Assembly: GCF_037042905.1 (NCBI RefSeq)
Contig: NC_087251.1
Span: forward strand, 35,528,001-35,592,000
Direction of reading: 5' to 3'
Length of the DNA stretch: 64,000 nt
Source of the DNA: Lytechinus pictus
Taxonomy: Eukaryota
In this document: positions 25,496 to 57,324 of the stretch, piece by piece
How the letters are laid out: each line of letters begins with the position of its first letter
How positions within the stretch are numbered: position 1 is the stretch's first letter
Made by a program: the position numbers and the translations under genes
The notes under the pieces: model-generated
What the model saw: only the letters and a program-made list of their open reading frames with translations
Databases searched by the model: none
Told to the model about the DNA's origin: nothing

Positions 25496-28244
25496 AACGA
25501 TATTCCTAATTTCATTACATCCATTAATCAGTGAAAGGGGTTGCCATCACTTGCCCCCAGCAGAAGTGATTCAAATGTATATATAAAAAGCAACAAAGAT
25601 TTGAAATCTGTCAAAATCCATTGACCACATTGGCATGATAGGGGGAACCTTTCCAGTCTAACAGCATTTTGTAAGAAAAGGAGATGCTTTCCAGTCTTAT
25701 ATTCAGCATTGTTGCTAAAAGAGGGATTTTTTAAGCATGACATGTTGTTTTTGAGAAATAGGTTCTCATTTTAAACAGATTCTGCATTCTTTGGTGTTTT
25801 ACCACATTTTACATCATGCAACACCAGCTATGTCAAAATGGAATAGAGTTTTATGGCAAGGGCTTTATCACCCCCCCCCCCAACACCCTCCCCTGTAAAG
25901 TTTATTGATATCATAACAATTGTTCTTTTATTTTGAATAACATTATCTTTTAATTTCTCCTCTTCAGATAATAATGCATTCAGAGTAACTACCATCAATA
26001 ATCACCTTCCGAGAAGGATTTATTGATATCACAAACCATTCAATAGAAGTAATCAATCTATATAATTCAGGAAGATGTTGAGGACATGTGTTTTCTTCCT
26101 CTTTTTTTTGGGGGGAGGGGGGTGGGGAGTGGATACTCAAAACATGCTGTTAGTGTTTTCAAAAGGGTTTCCCCAACAATCAAGGATTTTCATACCTCTG
26201 TAACTCTGTTGCATTGTGGGACATTGCTTATTGGTAAAGTGTGAGCACTGGAGGGCACTATACATGAAAAATCAAACACAACAATCGATTCAAAGAGAAC
26301 ATGTCCAACAAAGTTTCAGTTAGCACTCAAATCTATGTATCTTTCCACGGAATAATTTTCCTGGTATTGCATCGCTATTTGCTCAACATGTTTAAGACTG
26401 CTCAAAAAATTCTTTTCTACAGCAACTTTTTACATTAGGACTGTTCAGAACTTGAGTCCTGTCAAGAACAAACAATGCTAATCACATTTGGTAAGCACAA
26501 TTACTCTCTGTTTTTATTCTGATCTTGTCCAATATAGCATCCCCAAAGTTGATCTGCTTTGGCCACAGGGGCAGTGGTACTGGGGGTGTAAAAAGACAAC
26601 TGCTCCACTATGATTTCTTTCAATTTATTGAAACAAAGAAGATTTTAAAAAAGAAATGAAAAGAATAAGGAAGAAAGAGGAGTATCAAAAAAATGTTCCA
26701 ATGCCATTATTTATTTTACTGATATTCAATTGAAAAAGAAATTGCATTCAAATTCCACTCCTCCTTCCCCCCCCCTCCCCACCCTTTTCAAAACACCCTG
26801 GTACTGCCCAGGCAAAACAATAACTTTTCATTCTCAGAGGATATACTAATGTTCACAACCTACTGCCTAAATCTGCAACATTGGATAAGTTTTAACATTT
26901 TAGTGGATAGGGATTTTCCAAGGCGTTTATTTTTTATGCATTTTTTGAGCATTTGAGGGAAAAAATTGCCCCAAGTCCTCATGTGTCTTCCCCCCCCCCC
27001 CCCATGTTTGGTCATACTCTCTTTATTGGTGACCATACTCTGGCATAATAAGACATTTCTAAAAATTCTGGAAAATAAACACCACACGGATCAATTTCCA
27101 TAAATCATAATTAAACATGTATTCATGAACCAAAACAATTAGCGTTTTCATAGTCTAATTATCTTCACTCACCGGGCAATCTATTTCACAGATTGTTTCA
27201 AACACTAAATTATATTTTTTTCAATTTGCATACAGAGATGACATGATATCATTAAACGGAGTTTACAAGACACTCAATAGAGCAATACTCAAAAGCAAGA
27301 GAACAAAAAATGTGACGTTTCAAGAAGTAACAATAGAGCTTAGAAACATCAAATTGATGACTAATAAAATCACAATTTTGTTTGCCTACCAGCAATTACA
27401 CTTAAATTTCAAAATATTTCATGAAGAGGACAATTAAGACTGAAATTTCAAATGTAGCAGAAGCACCCAAAAGCAATAGATCATTTATTACAGGAAACAT
27501 AATGCAATAATTTTATTCCCTCCATCTTGTTGAAAAAAATCTTTGTAATCATATGGACCTAACAAAAACATGTTCTTTTTTGGTTCATTGAAGGTTAACA
27601 GTAAATTGAAAACATAGTATTGATCTAATTCACAAAAATAAAATGGAATAGACAAATATTTTTTCATCTGAATAATAGTAGTGATACATGTAACTCATAC
27701 ATGATCTTTTTTCACCAGACCATTATATAGATAGAATCACTGCAATTAACATGTGGGTCATACTCTCGGGCACACACACGTCACAGTGATCAAGTATCAT
27801 TGACACATCCACAAAATGCAGCAACTGGGGCAAGCACAAACTTTTCCACCCCTTACAAAATCTGTTGCGAGGTAAGCACCTCTGCATGTCCATTCAAGCA
27901 GAGAGGGTCGTCCAGATGTTTGTGGTGACATCTGACAAAGATGGGTAACGTTGTGACCTTTTCACCTCTTTGCAGAGCACCCCCATCAACCCATACAGAT
28001 ACAGACGATGCGAGGCAGCCATAATCCATTGACTACTGATTACTTTTCATCTCATCGTCTTCATACAGAAGCCAGCCGGTTCTCAAAGTCTATGGGTGGA
28101 GTCACTTGGACCATCTAAATAAATGTTTAACCAATCACACATTGCCATGCTAAGTCAATGGATGAAATGCAACCTGCATACGTTGGTTCTCCATTTCAAG
28201 ATGATGAGTGCTGTCATTCTTCAAAAGAATGATGAAAGTATTCA

Positions 28245-28322
28245 TCAGTAGTCCATCCATTCTTTCATGTATATACAGGTTGCTGGTGAAATGGCTCCTC
28301 CTTCGTAGCACTGATTGAACAC
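28245..28322 (-). CDS. POLR3F: POLR3F last coding exon
   Basis: Acceptor after a long (CT)n tract; VFNQCYEGGAISPATCIYMKEWMDY followed by TGA. Confidence 0.95.
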   Translation of the reverse strand: MFNQCYEGGAISPATCIYMKEWMDY

Positions 28323-31300
28323 CTGTACACAAAGAGAGAGGGAGAGAGACAGAAAGAGAGTGAGAGGGGAGATAAATGATATGAAGGGAATATGTGCAAG
28401 AGATGGAGATGTCAGAGGAGAAAAATTACCCATAAAGGAAATACTTATACACTGCAGGCATCAGGATATATTCTACACAATCTGCTCAATCTGACCTTGG
28501 AGGCCTTCATCACCATTTCTTGTCTATCTAGTTGCCATATCTTGTGATGTTTCTTGGTTCTCATTGACTGAGAAGCATAAGGGTCTGACTGTTTCTATCA
28601 AAATTGTCAGATAATGACAACTTGTCAGAGCTGACAACCGTTATCAAACTGTCCCCAAGAGGAGACATGAAGGGACTTGTCAGATGTACTATCCTACAAG
28701 GTCAGGTATAAAGGAATGAATAAATCCCAAAACACTGACAAGAGTCAAGAACTTACTGGACAGACACCACATGGTGACCTCATGAGCCCTGTGGGTGGGG
28801 TCAAAGGTTGTATGGCACGATAGAGCTTTGACGACGAATCCGATGATGATGTTCCCGGTCCAGCGTTGATTGTCATCTCAACCTTGCCGTCATAGATGAG
28901 TGTGTTTAGAATGGTAGTGATGTCATCCACCGATAAATCAACCTGATAAGAAAGAGAATACAGAGTTCATTACAGGCATTATATGGTGGGCTATCAAAGT
29001 TTCATTTGCCTGATATTGCCAAGAATTCAGCATTAAATATACTACTGTTATCCAGGGAGGTGTTGATAGTCAACTAGTTAGCATTGAAGCATTTGTTTCA
29101 GATTCAGTGCACTTAAATCTATTCATACAGGTCAGTCTGCCTCAGTCAAAATCTGACTAAGGAGAGATGGATAACATAACACATGCATTGCATAATCCAT
29201 TTCAAAAATTGCCTCGACTTGTGCGATTATTTTATTTACGGAATATTGAATATGCAGTCGACTATGCAATAACAAGTCAACAGCCTCATGCTCAATTTCG
29301 CATTGCAATTAGTTTGTGATATATTTCTGAATTCTAAACAGATACGGATTCGTTCTAGAGTGCTCTCAAAGAAGGAGCGAAAGTTGAGTGACATTTCATT
29401 TCTTCAATCCATTTTCACTATTTTCACCACGAATCATAAGATTTTGTTTATAAAGTAATCTATAAAGCAAACTACTTATTTATTAATTCATTCATTTCAT
29501 CAATACTTTTATCACTGCAGTAAATTCACTAATGAAATCAATTCAATTACAAGGGGGAAAAAAATCAAGCTCCTATACCTTGCTGATCCGAAGCTCGGTG
29601 ATGAATTTCCAGACCTCTTCTGGTGTAACGTATGATCTATTCCTTTTCAGTAATGGATCAAGGTGTAGGGCTGAAACACTTTCAACCTGTGAGAGAAAAT
29701 CACAATTAAGCGAAGTATAATATCTCATTTGAAGTATATAAATGAAGTCTATAAAATGAAAGCTTGTACAACAAAAATATTAATTACAATATGAATATAT
29801 TGTGGTTGAATTTGTTTGTATTGTTATGCAATGGATAATTTCTTTACACTTCAGTTTCCTCCTTTTTAACCACTTGACTACGTAGCACGTAATATTATGT
29901 GCTGGGTGAGTGTGCGATCTGTGCGGGGCACGTAATATTACGTGCTTGACCTATCTTCTGTTTGAGGCGTCAGCACCGCACTGTTAACACCCCTCCGATG
30001 AAAACAGCGCATGTATATCAAATGGCGCTATTCAACAAAAGTTATCGAAACATTTGCAGTGATTTATAAATGTTTGTATTCACTTTTCCATAGTGATAGT
30101 GTACGGCACTCAGTTCAAAATGGCGACTCGCAGTGGAGAAGTGAATCGAAAGGATTTTGACGAAACTTTAGACGATAGGAGTAATAAATCTAGTGAAAGA
30201 TCTGTGTCAGAAGGGGAGGATGATTTTTTGGTATGGATACTGGAAATAGTGATGAGGAAAGTGATGTGATTATTTACAATTTTTCCCCCAAGTTGCTGTC
30301 GGTTGTCGTCCCAAATAGATCCAACTTGTTAGTCCCATTCAGTAGCACAAGGGGGGTCAGTGCGCATTACAGCCTATAGCAGTCAAGTGGTTAACACAAA
30401 ATTGTAAATTATCTCCTGACTTGTGATTATTTTTTATCAAATGTGTTGAATTGATTTGAAGAAAAAAAAAATCTATCGTTAAAAAGTTTTCAAAATGTCC
30501 AAACAGTTTTCAAAGCCTTGACACATTTTGAAAACGTTGCTTGAATGTCCACAATCATTTCTTAAACATTCTGAAAATGTTTTGTTTGCTGGATGTTTAC
30601 AAGGTGGATTTCAAAGGGATGACATCATGATGAATTACAGCATATCAGGATTCAAATAAAAACTTTAAAAAGAAATGCCACTCAGCCATTTTCGTTGTTG
30701 CTGTGTAATCCTGAACAAACACAATTATGTCCATGATGGAGCCTTTTCAAAAGTCTAAATTGTATGAGGCTTACCTTTTTCCCCTCTCACAAAAAAAGCA
30801 AGACATTGTTGGAAGTGAAGTTCAATTACTAAAATAAACAGATTGCTGCAGGAGAGCAAACAAACCTTTTGTTGAAGAAACTTGAAGCACTGTTGGTTCA
30901 GGACTTCTACAAATTCTGACTCGAACTCCTGATCACTATACCATGTTCCGCCGGTCACTGAGGGGTCAGGGGTCAGATTAAAGAGCATGTATGCCTTTTT
31001 CCTTGCTGCCTGGATTTTAAATGAAGGGAAAATTTGTGGAATGTACAATTTTTTTCATAATCCAACCCATAATATGGATCATATCATGGTCTAGTGGTTA
31101 GAGCATTGGACTTGCGTGGTTTTGAGTTCCAGTACCTGCTTGGCCATGGTCTCTACTTTGACCTAACAGGCCCTATAGTAATTTATGTCGTCTAAAACTG
31201 GTCAGCTACTATGACTGATTATATTTGTGATATTTTGTTTGAATCTAGATTTCCATACTGCACCACTGATACAGAATAATAATGCACATATGCTATCCAG

Positions 31301-34300
31301 GGGCTATAGACATTTATTAGCTTATCCAGCTTAAAGATAAGGGAGAAAACTAATCATTGCAATAGATTGCATGAGCAAAATGTCAACATTAGCATACCAA
31401 AAGGTTAATAAACACCTACCCCAACAGACTTGACAGCCTTGATGAGTTTCCTACTCTCTAAATTCTTCAGAATCTTGTTGAGTTGAGTTAGTTGTAGATT
31501 GCTCTTTAATCGGATATCTCGTGTCCATATTCCCTTGTTGCCTGATTGCTCGATGATCTGATATACAAGACGTTCCTGATTATCAGCTCCTTTGATTTTA
31601 CTACAAAAATAATATAAGCAACAGTAATCATTTAACAAAATTTTAACATATAACATAAAATAATAGTTCTCATATAATAAAATGATGATGACAGCTATCA
31701 CGTTGTATACATCTTCATTTATCAAATGATAAGATACATTTTCAATGCAGATTTGAATCCTGGCTAAGTATTCACCCCCCCCCCCCCTCCCATTAATAAC
31801 AAGTTACAATAAACCAGTCTTTTCTGCATCGACCAAATATTTCATTTATCACATGAAACCCTTATACGAATTACCAGGAAATGACAGCATTGGTCCAAGT
31901 CAAATAGTGACACTTAAGTTCATTCATTTCAAGGAATAATGAATGGAAATTACCTTACAACACCAGGATCCTTCAAACGGTACAGCAATTCAGTGCTTGT
32001 CTTCACCAAGTCTATTTTACCCTAGATAAAAGAAAAGGATGCAAATTAGATTTCTTCATCAAATATGCTCTGAATTGTAAACAAATAGGAATTACTGAAT
32101 CAAAATTATGTTTTTCATATTTATTTTGAAGGTATACCTTTGAAGGTATACCTTTTGGAGTCATTGTGTTGCTTAACTGAGAATATATTCTCAGATTAGC
32201 AACACAATGACTCCAAAATATAATGAATGCCTCTGACAACCACCTTCGCGGGGGAGGGGGGGTGAAAAAAGAAACTCACTGATGAAAGAAGTCTGTTGAC
32301 AGCCGATACTCTCTGTTGAGCATCAATGTTTGGAAGTTGCTTCTGAATAGCCGAATCTCGAATACCATCTGATTCTCCTTTACATAGTTCCAGGATTCTG
32401 TAATTTGAACAAGAAAACAGATTACAAAAGTTCAAATTAATTGGTTACTGTTGATGAGATAGACCATAATGTCTTGAGATACAATGTAAATTCAAAATAA
32501 TGGAAAATCAACTGTTTCAAATTCACATTTATAAAAAAGTGACTATGTCAGGTATTGACAGCAAAATAAATAAGCCTTCAAATCAAATAATGCCAAATTA
32601 TCTGCCTGGACTAAAAGAGAGAGATTAAGTGACACTGACTGTATTTTATTCTAGTCTTATACACTCTAGGACTAGTAGGAGGCAGTGAGTGGGAGTCTTT
32701 GGGACCTAAAAAAAGGTTGAAAAAAGCTGCCAGCGTAGTAAGACTTTCAAGTACCATTGTACAAAATCCACAGATATTTAATAAAAAGTTTTACCTTAGA
32801 TATAATTTGTAATATCTAAATTGCAATAAACAATAATAATTTCACTCAAGGAAGTTCATATCTAAACGAAAAAAAAAACTAGTCGTCATGCATTTGTGTA
32901 CTGCCACGGGAGGCGACTTTCTACAAGTGCACCTCCCCATATATGTACGATTGTTGACTATGAGGTCAATAGGTTACGTTTTGAGTCACTTTTGACCTCA
33001 TTGGTACTAGAAGTGGTCTTATAATTTAGATAATTTCATTGCAACTGCAATGCAACTTTCACAATCCAGATTCCAGGTCCAGCCTCCAGGACTGGACTCC
33101 AGTCCAACATTTTTTTACACAGAAAAGGGCAAAATTCATAAATAGCAACAAAAAAAACAAGTGACAACAAAAGTTTAAGTTTTCGTGTCCGTTTCCTTCA
33201 TATCAAAAGAACATTATGACTACCGGTACTTTTCCAAAAATCTAATGGCCCGTATTCTGAAGTCAGGTTTAACTTAGACCATGGACGGTCTAACTCTGTG
33301 CTAAAATTATGGGAAGCCAAAAGTGTCAAAATGTTTATTAAGTTGTATGTTTTGTATGTTTACTGTGCTCTTTCCTGATTCATCGATGATGAAGACAATC
33401 AATTTTAATTTTATACTTCCTAGACAATTATCAGGATTATGAATGATTTGAGAGCCAAATGAGCTGAAATATGATATCTCTACTGTTAATAGTGATTTAT
33501 GTAACCATTGGCTTACCATACTTAAACCACAACTTAAAACCTGAGTTTAAGTTAAACCCGACTTCAGAATACGGGCCAATATGTTTTAATTTTTATATGA
33601 ATGTGAAATTGAAAATAGCAATACTAGCTGTATGGCAGTGTATCCTATTGCCGGACACCTTTATTTCAGTGCTTTAAAAATGACAACTAGAGGAAATACA
33701 ATCAAGAAAAAATCACACTTGCTATTCCAAATATTATGAAAATTATGAATATGATAAAATTATTTTATAATTATATTTACCAACCATTTTCTTTGCATCG
33801 CAGTTGCCGCATACCCCTCCATGAAAAACAATTATTTTCGTGCGCGACAAATTACATCATGATTCCGGACGCGCGCCGGACGGGTAAAGATATCCTTGAT
33901 TATAATGATGTAAGAGCAAATTTGTGTGATTTTTTTCTTCTTATATCATATCATGAGTAAATTCTAAGTATTATTTGCTTTTTTATATCGAATCTGAGCA
34001 GATGTTGGTAATAAATTCGTGTTTGATAACTTATTTTATTTTGTCTTGTTAGCTGCATGTTCCATGGCACTTTCCAATAATAATATGCTCGCGTTCGTAT
34101 CATATCGTGACGCTCATCAAGTTCTATCGATGCGCTGCCGATCGACGGCTCTACTCACGGTAAACCTCGCGCACGGGTACCTTGAGAACTAGCCATCGAC
34201 GATCACCCACAATACACCACACCTCATCATTCGATCGAAGGAGTGGACGAGATTGAAATTCGGCAAATCAGGCCCATATTTCCGTTAGAAAATACATCAA

Positions 34301-34752
34301 TTGTTAATACAAAACTATGTTATAATATGATATTTTAACTTTTAAGCATTTTCTGTCATTTTGAGAGATAATTAGGTAAAAGTTGGATTTTTCGCCTTGT
34401 TTTTGCAATCTTGTTCTATGTATTGCTCTGTGAAATTGAATTGCGGAAGTTTTACGGTACGAATTTGTTTTAGAACGCAGTAATATGCGCGTCCGGAATC
34501 ATAATAGTGTCCGGTATTAATACAATACGTGACTATATTACAACTACAAACTTCCAAAACCAGAGCAAACAAAACAGACATCAGGTGGGACTGAAGTGAA
34601 GCACGACCTTTTTGGCTAGAAAAAAACAAAAATTTAAACATATAATGCAAAATTAGAAAAAAAAATCGATCTAAAATGCATATATGATACGGCTCATACC
34701 TCTCCTCTAGATTCATAGCATCTGGTGATTCCTTCTTTTCTCCTGCACTCAT
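28245..34752 (-). CDS. POLR3F: DNA-directed RNA polymerase III subunit RPC6 (RPC39/C34), spliced gene, 8 coding exons, 311 aa
   Basis: Exons 34700-34752, 32280-32397, 31954-32021, 31420-31600, 30866-31009, 29579-29686, 28757-28942, 28245-28322. All introns are GT-AG, phases are consistent, and the total is 936 nt. The translation contains GIWTRDIRLKSNL, VTGGTWYSDQEFESEFVEVLNQQC, ILNTLIYDGKVEM and the C-terminal CGVCPVFNQC...PATCIYMKEW four-Cys motif characteristic of RPC6. Confidence 0.97.
28757..28942 (-). CDS. POLR3F: POLR3F coding exon 7
   Basis: Acceptor ttcttatcag, donor GTAAGT; VDLSVDDITTILNTLIYDGKVEM...GLMRSPCGVCP. Confidence 0.96.
29579..29686 (-). CDS. POLR3F: POLR3F coding exon 6
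   Basis: Acceptor tctctcacag, donor GTATAG; VESVSALHLDPLLKRNRSYVTPEEVWKFITELRISK. Confidence 0.94.
29870..30390 (+). mobile_element. Internally deleted piggyBac-like element in POLR3F intron 5
   Basis: TTAA|CCACTTGACTAC ... GCAGTCAAGTGG|TTAA. Two GCACGTAATATTA(C/T)GTGC palindromes near the left end. Acidic ORF start MATRSGEVNRKDFDETLDD at 30120. Confidence 0.85.
30866..31009 (-). CDS. POLR3F: POLR3F coding exon 5
   Basis: Acceptor atccag, donor GTTTGT; AARKKAYMLFNLTPDPSVTGGTWYSDQEFESEFVEVLNQQCFKFLQQK. Confidence 0.96.
31420..31600 (-). CDS. POLR3F: POLR3F coding exon 4
   Basis: Acceptor tttttgtag, donor GTAGGT; KIKGADNQERLVYQIIEQSGNKGIWTRDIRLKSNL...LIKAVKSVG (winged-helix region). Confidence 0.96.
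31954..32021 (-). CDS. POLR3F: POLR3F coding exon 3
   Basis: Acceptor ttttatctag, donor GTAATT; GKIDLVKTSTELLYRLKDPGVV; too short to appear in the ORF track. Confidence 0.92.
32280..32397 (-). CDS. POLR3F: POLR3F coding exon 2
   Basis: Acceptor ttacag, donor GTGAGT; ILELCKGESDGIRDSAIQKQLPNIDAQQRVSAVNRLLSS. Confidence 0.95.
33247..33577. mobile_element. Harbinger-like MITE in POLR3F intron 1
   Basis: AAT|GGCCCGTATTCTGAAGTCAGGTTTAACTTA ... TAAGTTAAACCCGACTTCAGAATACGGGCC|AAT; about 30-bp TIR and a 3-bp TSD. Confidence 0.9.
33633..34529. mobile_element. Non-autonomous TIR element (Tc1/mariner-like ends) in POLR3F intron 1
   Basis: TA|TGGCAGTGTATCCTATTGCCGGACAC on the left and GTGTCCGGTATTAATACAATACG on the right. 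Internal perfect 16-bp inverted pair ATGATTCCGGACGCGC / GCGCGTCCGGAATCAT. Confidence 0.6.
34700..34752 (-). CDS. POLR3F: POLR3F coding exon 1 (MSAGEKKESPDAMNLEER)
   Basis: ATG in aaaATGA context; donor AG|GTATGAG, phase 2, compatible with exon 2. Confidence 0.85.
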
Positions 34753-34851
34753 TTTACTTTATCTGTGCTTCTTTCTTGGAGTTGGACAAGAAAATTTTTT
34801 TGGACAAGCCGTCGGCAGTGGAGTAATTTTGAGAGAAAACACACAAACAAA
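34753..34851. promoter_or_regulatory. Bidirectional promoter / 5'UTR interval between POLR3F and KAT5
   Basis: Only 99 bp separate the two divergent ATGs. It contains TTGGACAAG twice, and a YY1-like AAAATGGCGG overlaps the KAT5 start. Confidence 0.8.
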
Positions 34852-53870
<19,019 letters not shown>

Positions 53871-54602
53871 AGGAGACTGGAAAGAAAATTTCTGACATGT
53901 CTCCACACAAATGAGAATATACATCCTAGATAAGTCCAGAATATTGTAAAGATGATATTTATTAGTCCAGGGGGGGACTGCTTGAAAGGATAAAAGATTG
54001 TAGTACTTGTAGTGATGAGCTTAACGGTTAGTAAGTGCGAAGAGTGAAGCAAGCTGTCAGACTCTCTTGTGGGGCAGGGGAGAGGCACACAGTAATGTTA
54101 ATTGTCATTGATTTACCAAAATAACTTTTCTTTGAGAGATGAAACCATGTTTCATGTGTAATAAAGATATTTTGTTCTTAACCTCTGTATTTTTTTAGTC
54201 ACATGGTCAGTTGATTTCCATCATACATGTGTACATATATTTGTCCACTTTACACAAAACATACCACATTAGCTCCCTCTCTCCCCTCCCCCTTCATGGT
54301 GGCATATGTCAGCCAAAGAAACCTATCTGCTCAGGAATCAGGAAATGGGCTTGATAAAGCTTTTCCATGGTATCACCAGGGCAAAAATTTAAATACTACT
54401 TTTGAAGTCGATGGAAGTCGACTATGGAATGTCAGCAAAGCCATGAATCGTTACTGAGATGTGATTTGCCATGTCCCTTCATAAACAAAAAAGAAGTACA
54501 CTGATCGGTCAAGTCACTGAAGCATGCAGAGGCATAAGTAATCTCTAAAAAGCACTGTGGTTGGACATATACATAGACACGTATGTTCTAGATGACAAAT
54601 TT

Positions 54603-55015
54603 GGTACATTCACTACATTGCCAATTGGTCTACACCCACTTCATCTACTTTCCATTTGGTCTCGTCCCACTTGGTCTTATCCTACTTTGTCTCCAACTGG
54701 TTCACCTAACCATTTGGTCTAATTGCCATTAAGTACAGTAACCATTTTGTCTAATTCCCTGTCAGACTACACATTTCATCTTATTTCCACTATATGAGTA
54801 GATGAACTGTTTGTGAATCAGATTTTCCTTTTGGCAACGTAAAAAATGATAAGTAGGCAAAGTTCAGATTAAACCAGCTAATAAGAATTAGCCTTTATGG
54901 TGGTAGACCAAGTGAAGCATAGACCGATTAGACCAAATTGGCTTAGCCAATGTGGCATTAGACTATCTGGGGGAAGACCAATTGGTTTTACATGTATACC
55001 AAGTGAATATAAACC
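54603..55015. mobile_element. Foldback-type non-autonomous element downstream of the KAT5 stop
   Basis: TTGGTCT-rich left arm and AGACCAA-rich right arm; ends GGTACATTCACT / AGTGAATATAAACC. Confidence 0.6.
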
Positions 55016-55219
55016 ATATTTTATGGCTTTGCTGATTTTCAGGGCTTGAGATTTAACTTTGATAAATCATCCCAGGGAGTATTCTGTGAAGCATCTTTGT
55101 TGTGGTTTTGATATGAATAACAGTTTGTGGTCTCTCCCCGACTCTTCCTTGTAGGAATGATACTCTTGTACTCTTCATACTTCAACTAGTGGTTATCTGT
55201 GTTATGGAGGATTCTAATG

Positions 55220-55628
55220 GGTAAACTGCGAATTCGTCTACTGCCAACTCATCCACTCACCACATAGTCTACTTTCATTTAGTCTAATGCCATTCCGTCC
55301 ATCAACATTTCGCCTAACAACCATTTGGTCCAATCATCACTTCCAATAAATCTAATCACCATTTTGTCTATGATCATTTCGTCTCATAACCAGTTGGTCT
55401 AATATCCATTTTATTTTCATTTATTTTGCACAATGAACAATTGGTCCAATTAGACCAAGTGGTATATGGACTGAATGGCTATTGGACCAACTGGTTATTA
55501 GATGAAATTGTGAGTGGACGAATTGGAAATTAGACCATGTGGATAATGGACGAACTGATGGTAGACCAAATGAACGTAGACAAGTTGGAAATTGGATGAA
55601 TTGGCATTAGACGAATCAGAAATAAACC
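55220..55628. mobile_element. Foldback-type non-autonomous element with 8-bp TSD
   Basis: TTCTAATG|GGTAAA ... TAAACC|TCCTAATG; arms ATTCGTCTACTGCCAACTCATCCA / TGGATGAATTGGCATTAGACGAAT. Confidence 0.82.
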
Positions 55629-55741
55629 TCCTAATGTACATTTATATGACATATACTATTGTCACTCTGTGCGTGGATGTACATTTGTAAATAGAATTGT
55701 GCATTGTTTTGACTATTTGTGTATTATATTTTGTATTTAAA

Positions 55742-55747
55742 AATAAA
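55742..55747 (+). terminator. Candidate KAT5 polyadenylation signal (another AATAAA lies at 54160)
   Basis: AATAAA following a TGTA/T-rich stretch; usage cannot be determined from the sequence. Confidence 0.4.
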
Positions 55748-56499
55748 ATCAATGGAGAATTTAACATGAAGATGTGTCTGAGCTTGTCAGTAGATTTTTA
55801 TATATCTTGTTTTCTTGCTCTATCAGTTTAAACATTATTCTACATTTTGTTGACTAACACTGAATGTGATGCCAGATAAAACTAGACCTCTGGACCCAAC
55901 AAGTGCCATTCTTTATGATATTTCTTATATTTGAAAACTCTTCAATGTGATACATGTCCTTCATAGAATGATATATTTGAATGAGATGCTTGATGGTTTG
56001 AATTGTCTAGTAAGTTGGTCAGTAGATGGGTCAGTCAGTCAGAGGATTTATGCTCAAATATCAATTTTTTGCAGTGAAGATTGCAATGGTTACAGTGTAT
56101 GCATAAGGTTTAAAACAAATCAATTGATACAAGAGTTTGATGAATAACTTTGGATATATATAAAAAGATTTAGCTTGCATACATGTACATATTTATTTTC
56201 AATCAAAAAGAAGTTCAGATTGGCTGTCAGGGAACAAATTTTTTGGTGTAGCTAGGTGTCATTTTCAAGCATTGACCCAAATTTTTGCTATTTACAAATA
56301 CTTTCTCATTATTTTACAATAAGGGGTATTTTAACCGTCATTTTAAAGCCATAATTGATATTCGTACCATTTTCAGGTAACAAGAAAATCATCATTCCAA
56401 GGCCAAGAATTTTAGATATGGGCTCTGATTATTTTCATTTTTGAAGTATATAAAAAGGGAGTAGTGTCTGAAAATATCAACCGTAAATTGAATCCTTAA

Positions 56500-57180
56500 C
56501 CCTAAGAAGGGCTGATTCAGCCCCCCGCCCCTCGACATTTTTCGTGATAAATCCGCTTTGAAATTTTTTTTAACTGGTCGCTCGCTTACTTTTTACTTTC
56601 AAGTCTCGCGCAAATTATGAGACCAAAATTACGACCCCGGGTGCGCGGTTCCGAAATTACACATTTTGTAAGGGCATGCAGACCCAAAATTGCTCAGAAA
56701 CGTGAATTTGTGTACAAATCCAATGCATATTATGTACAATTGTGAAACGGAAACAAATAAATCAAATCGAATCAAATCAAATACTGTTTTTAACCAAAAT
56801 TCATGAATGTATCATTATTTTTCCTTTTACTGATTAAAATCAATTAATTCCATCTTGTTTATGGTTAAAATGAACTCCCTGTCAATTTAGAAAACGGTAA
56901 AATACATAAGAAAATAATGTGATGTTGACACTTGATCAGCTCCCTGTAAAAGGTCTGATTACCAAAAATTAGCATTTTAGGGGCAATGTTAATTAGAGCA
57001 AACTTTTGATTTTATGCATAAATTAGCATAATTGATCAGCAATGAGATTTTTCGCAGAATTTTATCTTCTTGTTTTGTAGATTATGCGCTTGCCAATTTT
57101 CGTCGCGATCGCACAAGATCATACCCCCCCCCCCCCCAGTCTTCATAGGCGTCGAAATAGCCCAGTATATTTCAATAGGG
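56500..57180 (+). mobile_element. piggyBac-like non-autonomous element, copy 3
   Basis: TTAA|CCCTAAGAAG ... CAATAGGG|TTAA; interior homologous to 43109 and 46076. Confidence 0.85.
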
Positions 57181-57324
57181 TTAAGGGGACCTTTGTTTTA
57201 CTTACATACAGTCATGTTGTTTAATTACAAAGTACTTTTTATCATTTTATATTTCAATTGAACATAAGAATAGGGAACACATGCATGGTGAGAACTTGAC
57301 ATAAATTATGTATCTGTATTGAAA

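Noticed and set aside
31085..31150. tRNA-like A box TGGTCTAGTGG
   Set aside because: Short and lacks an intact B box or body; at most a decayed SINE head.
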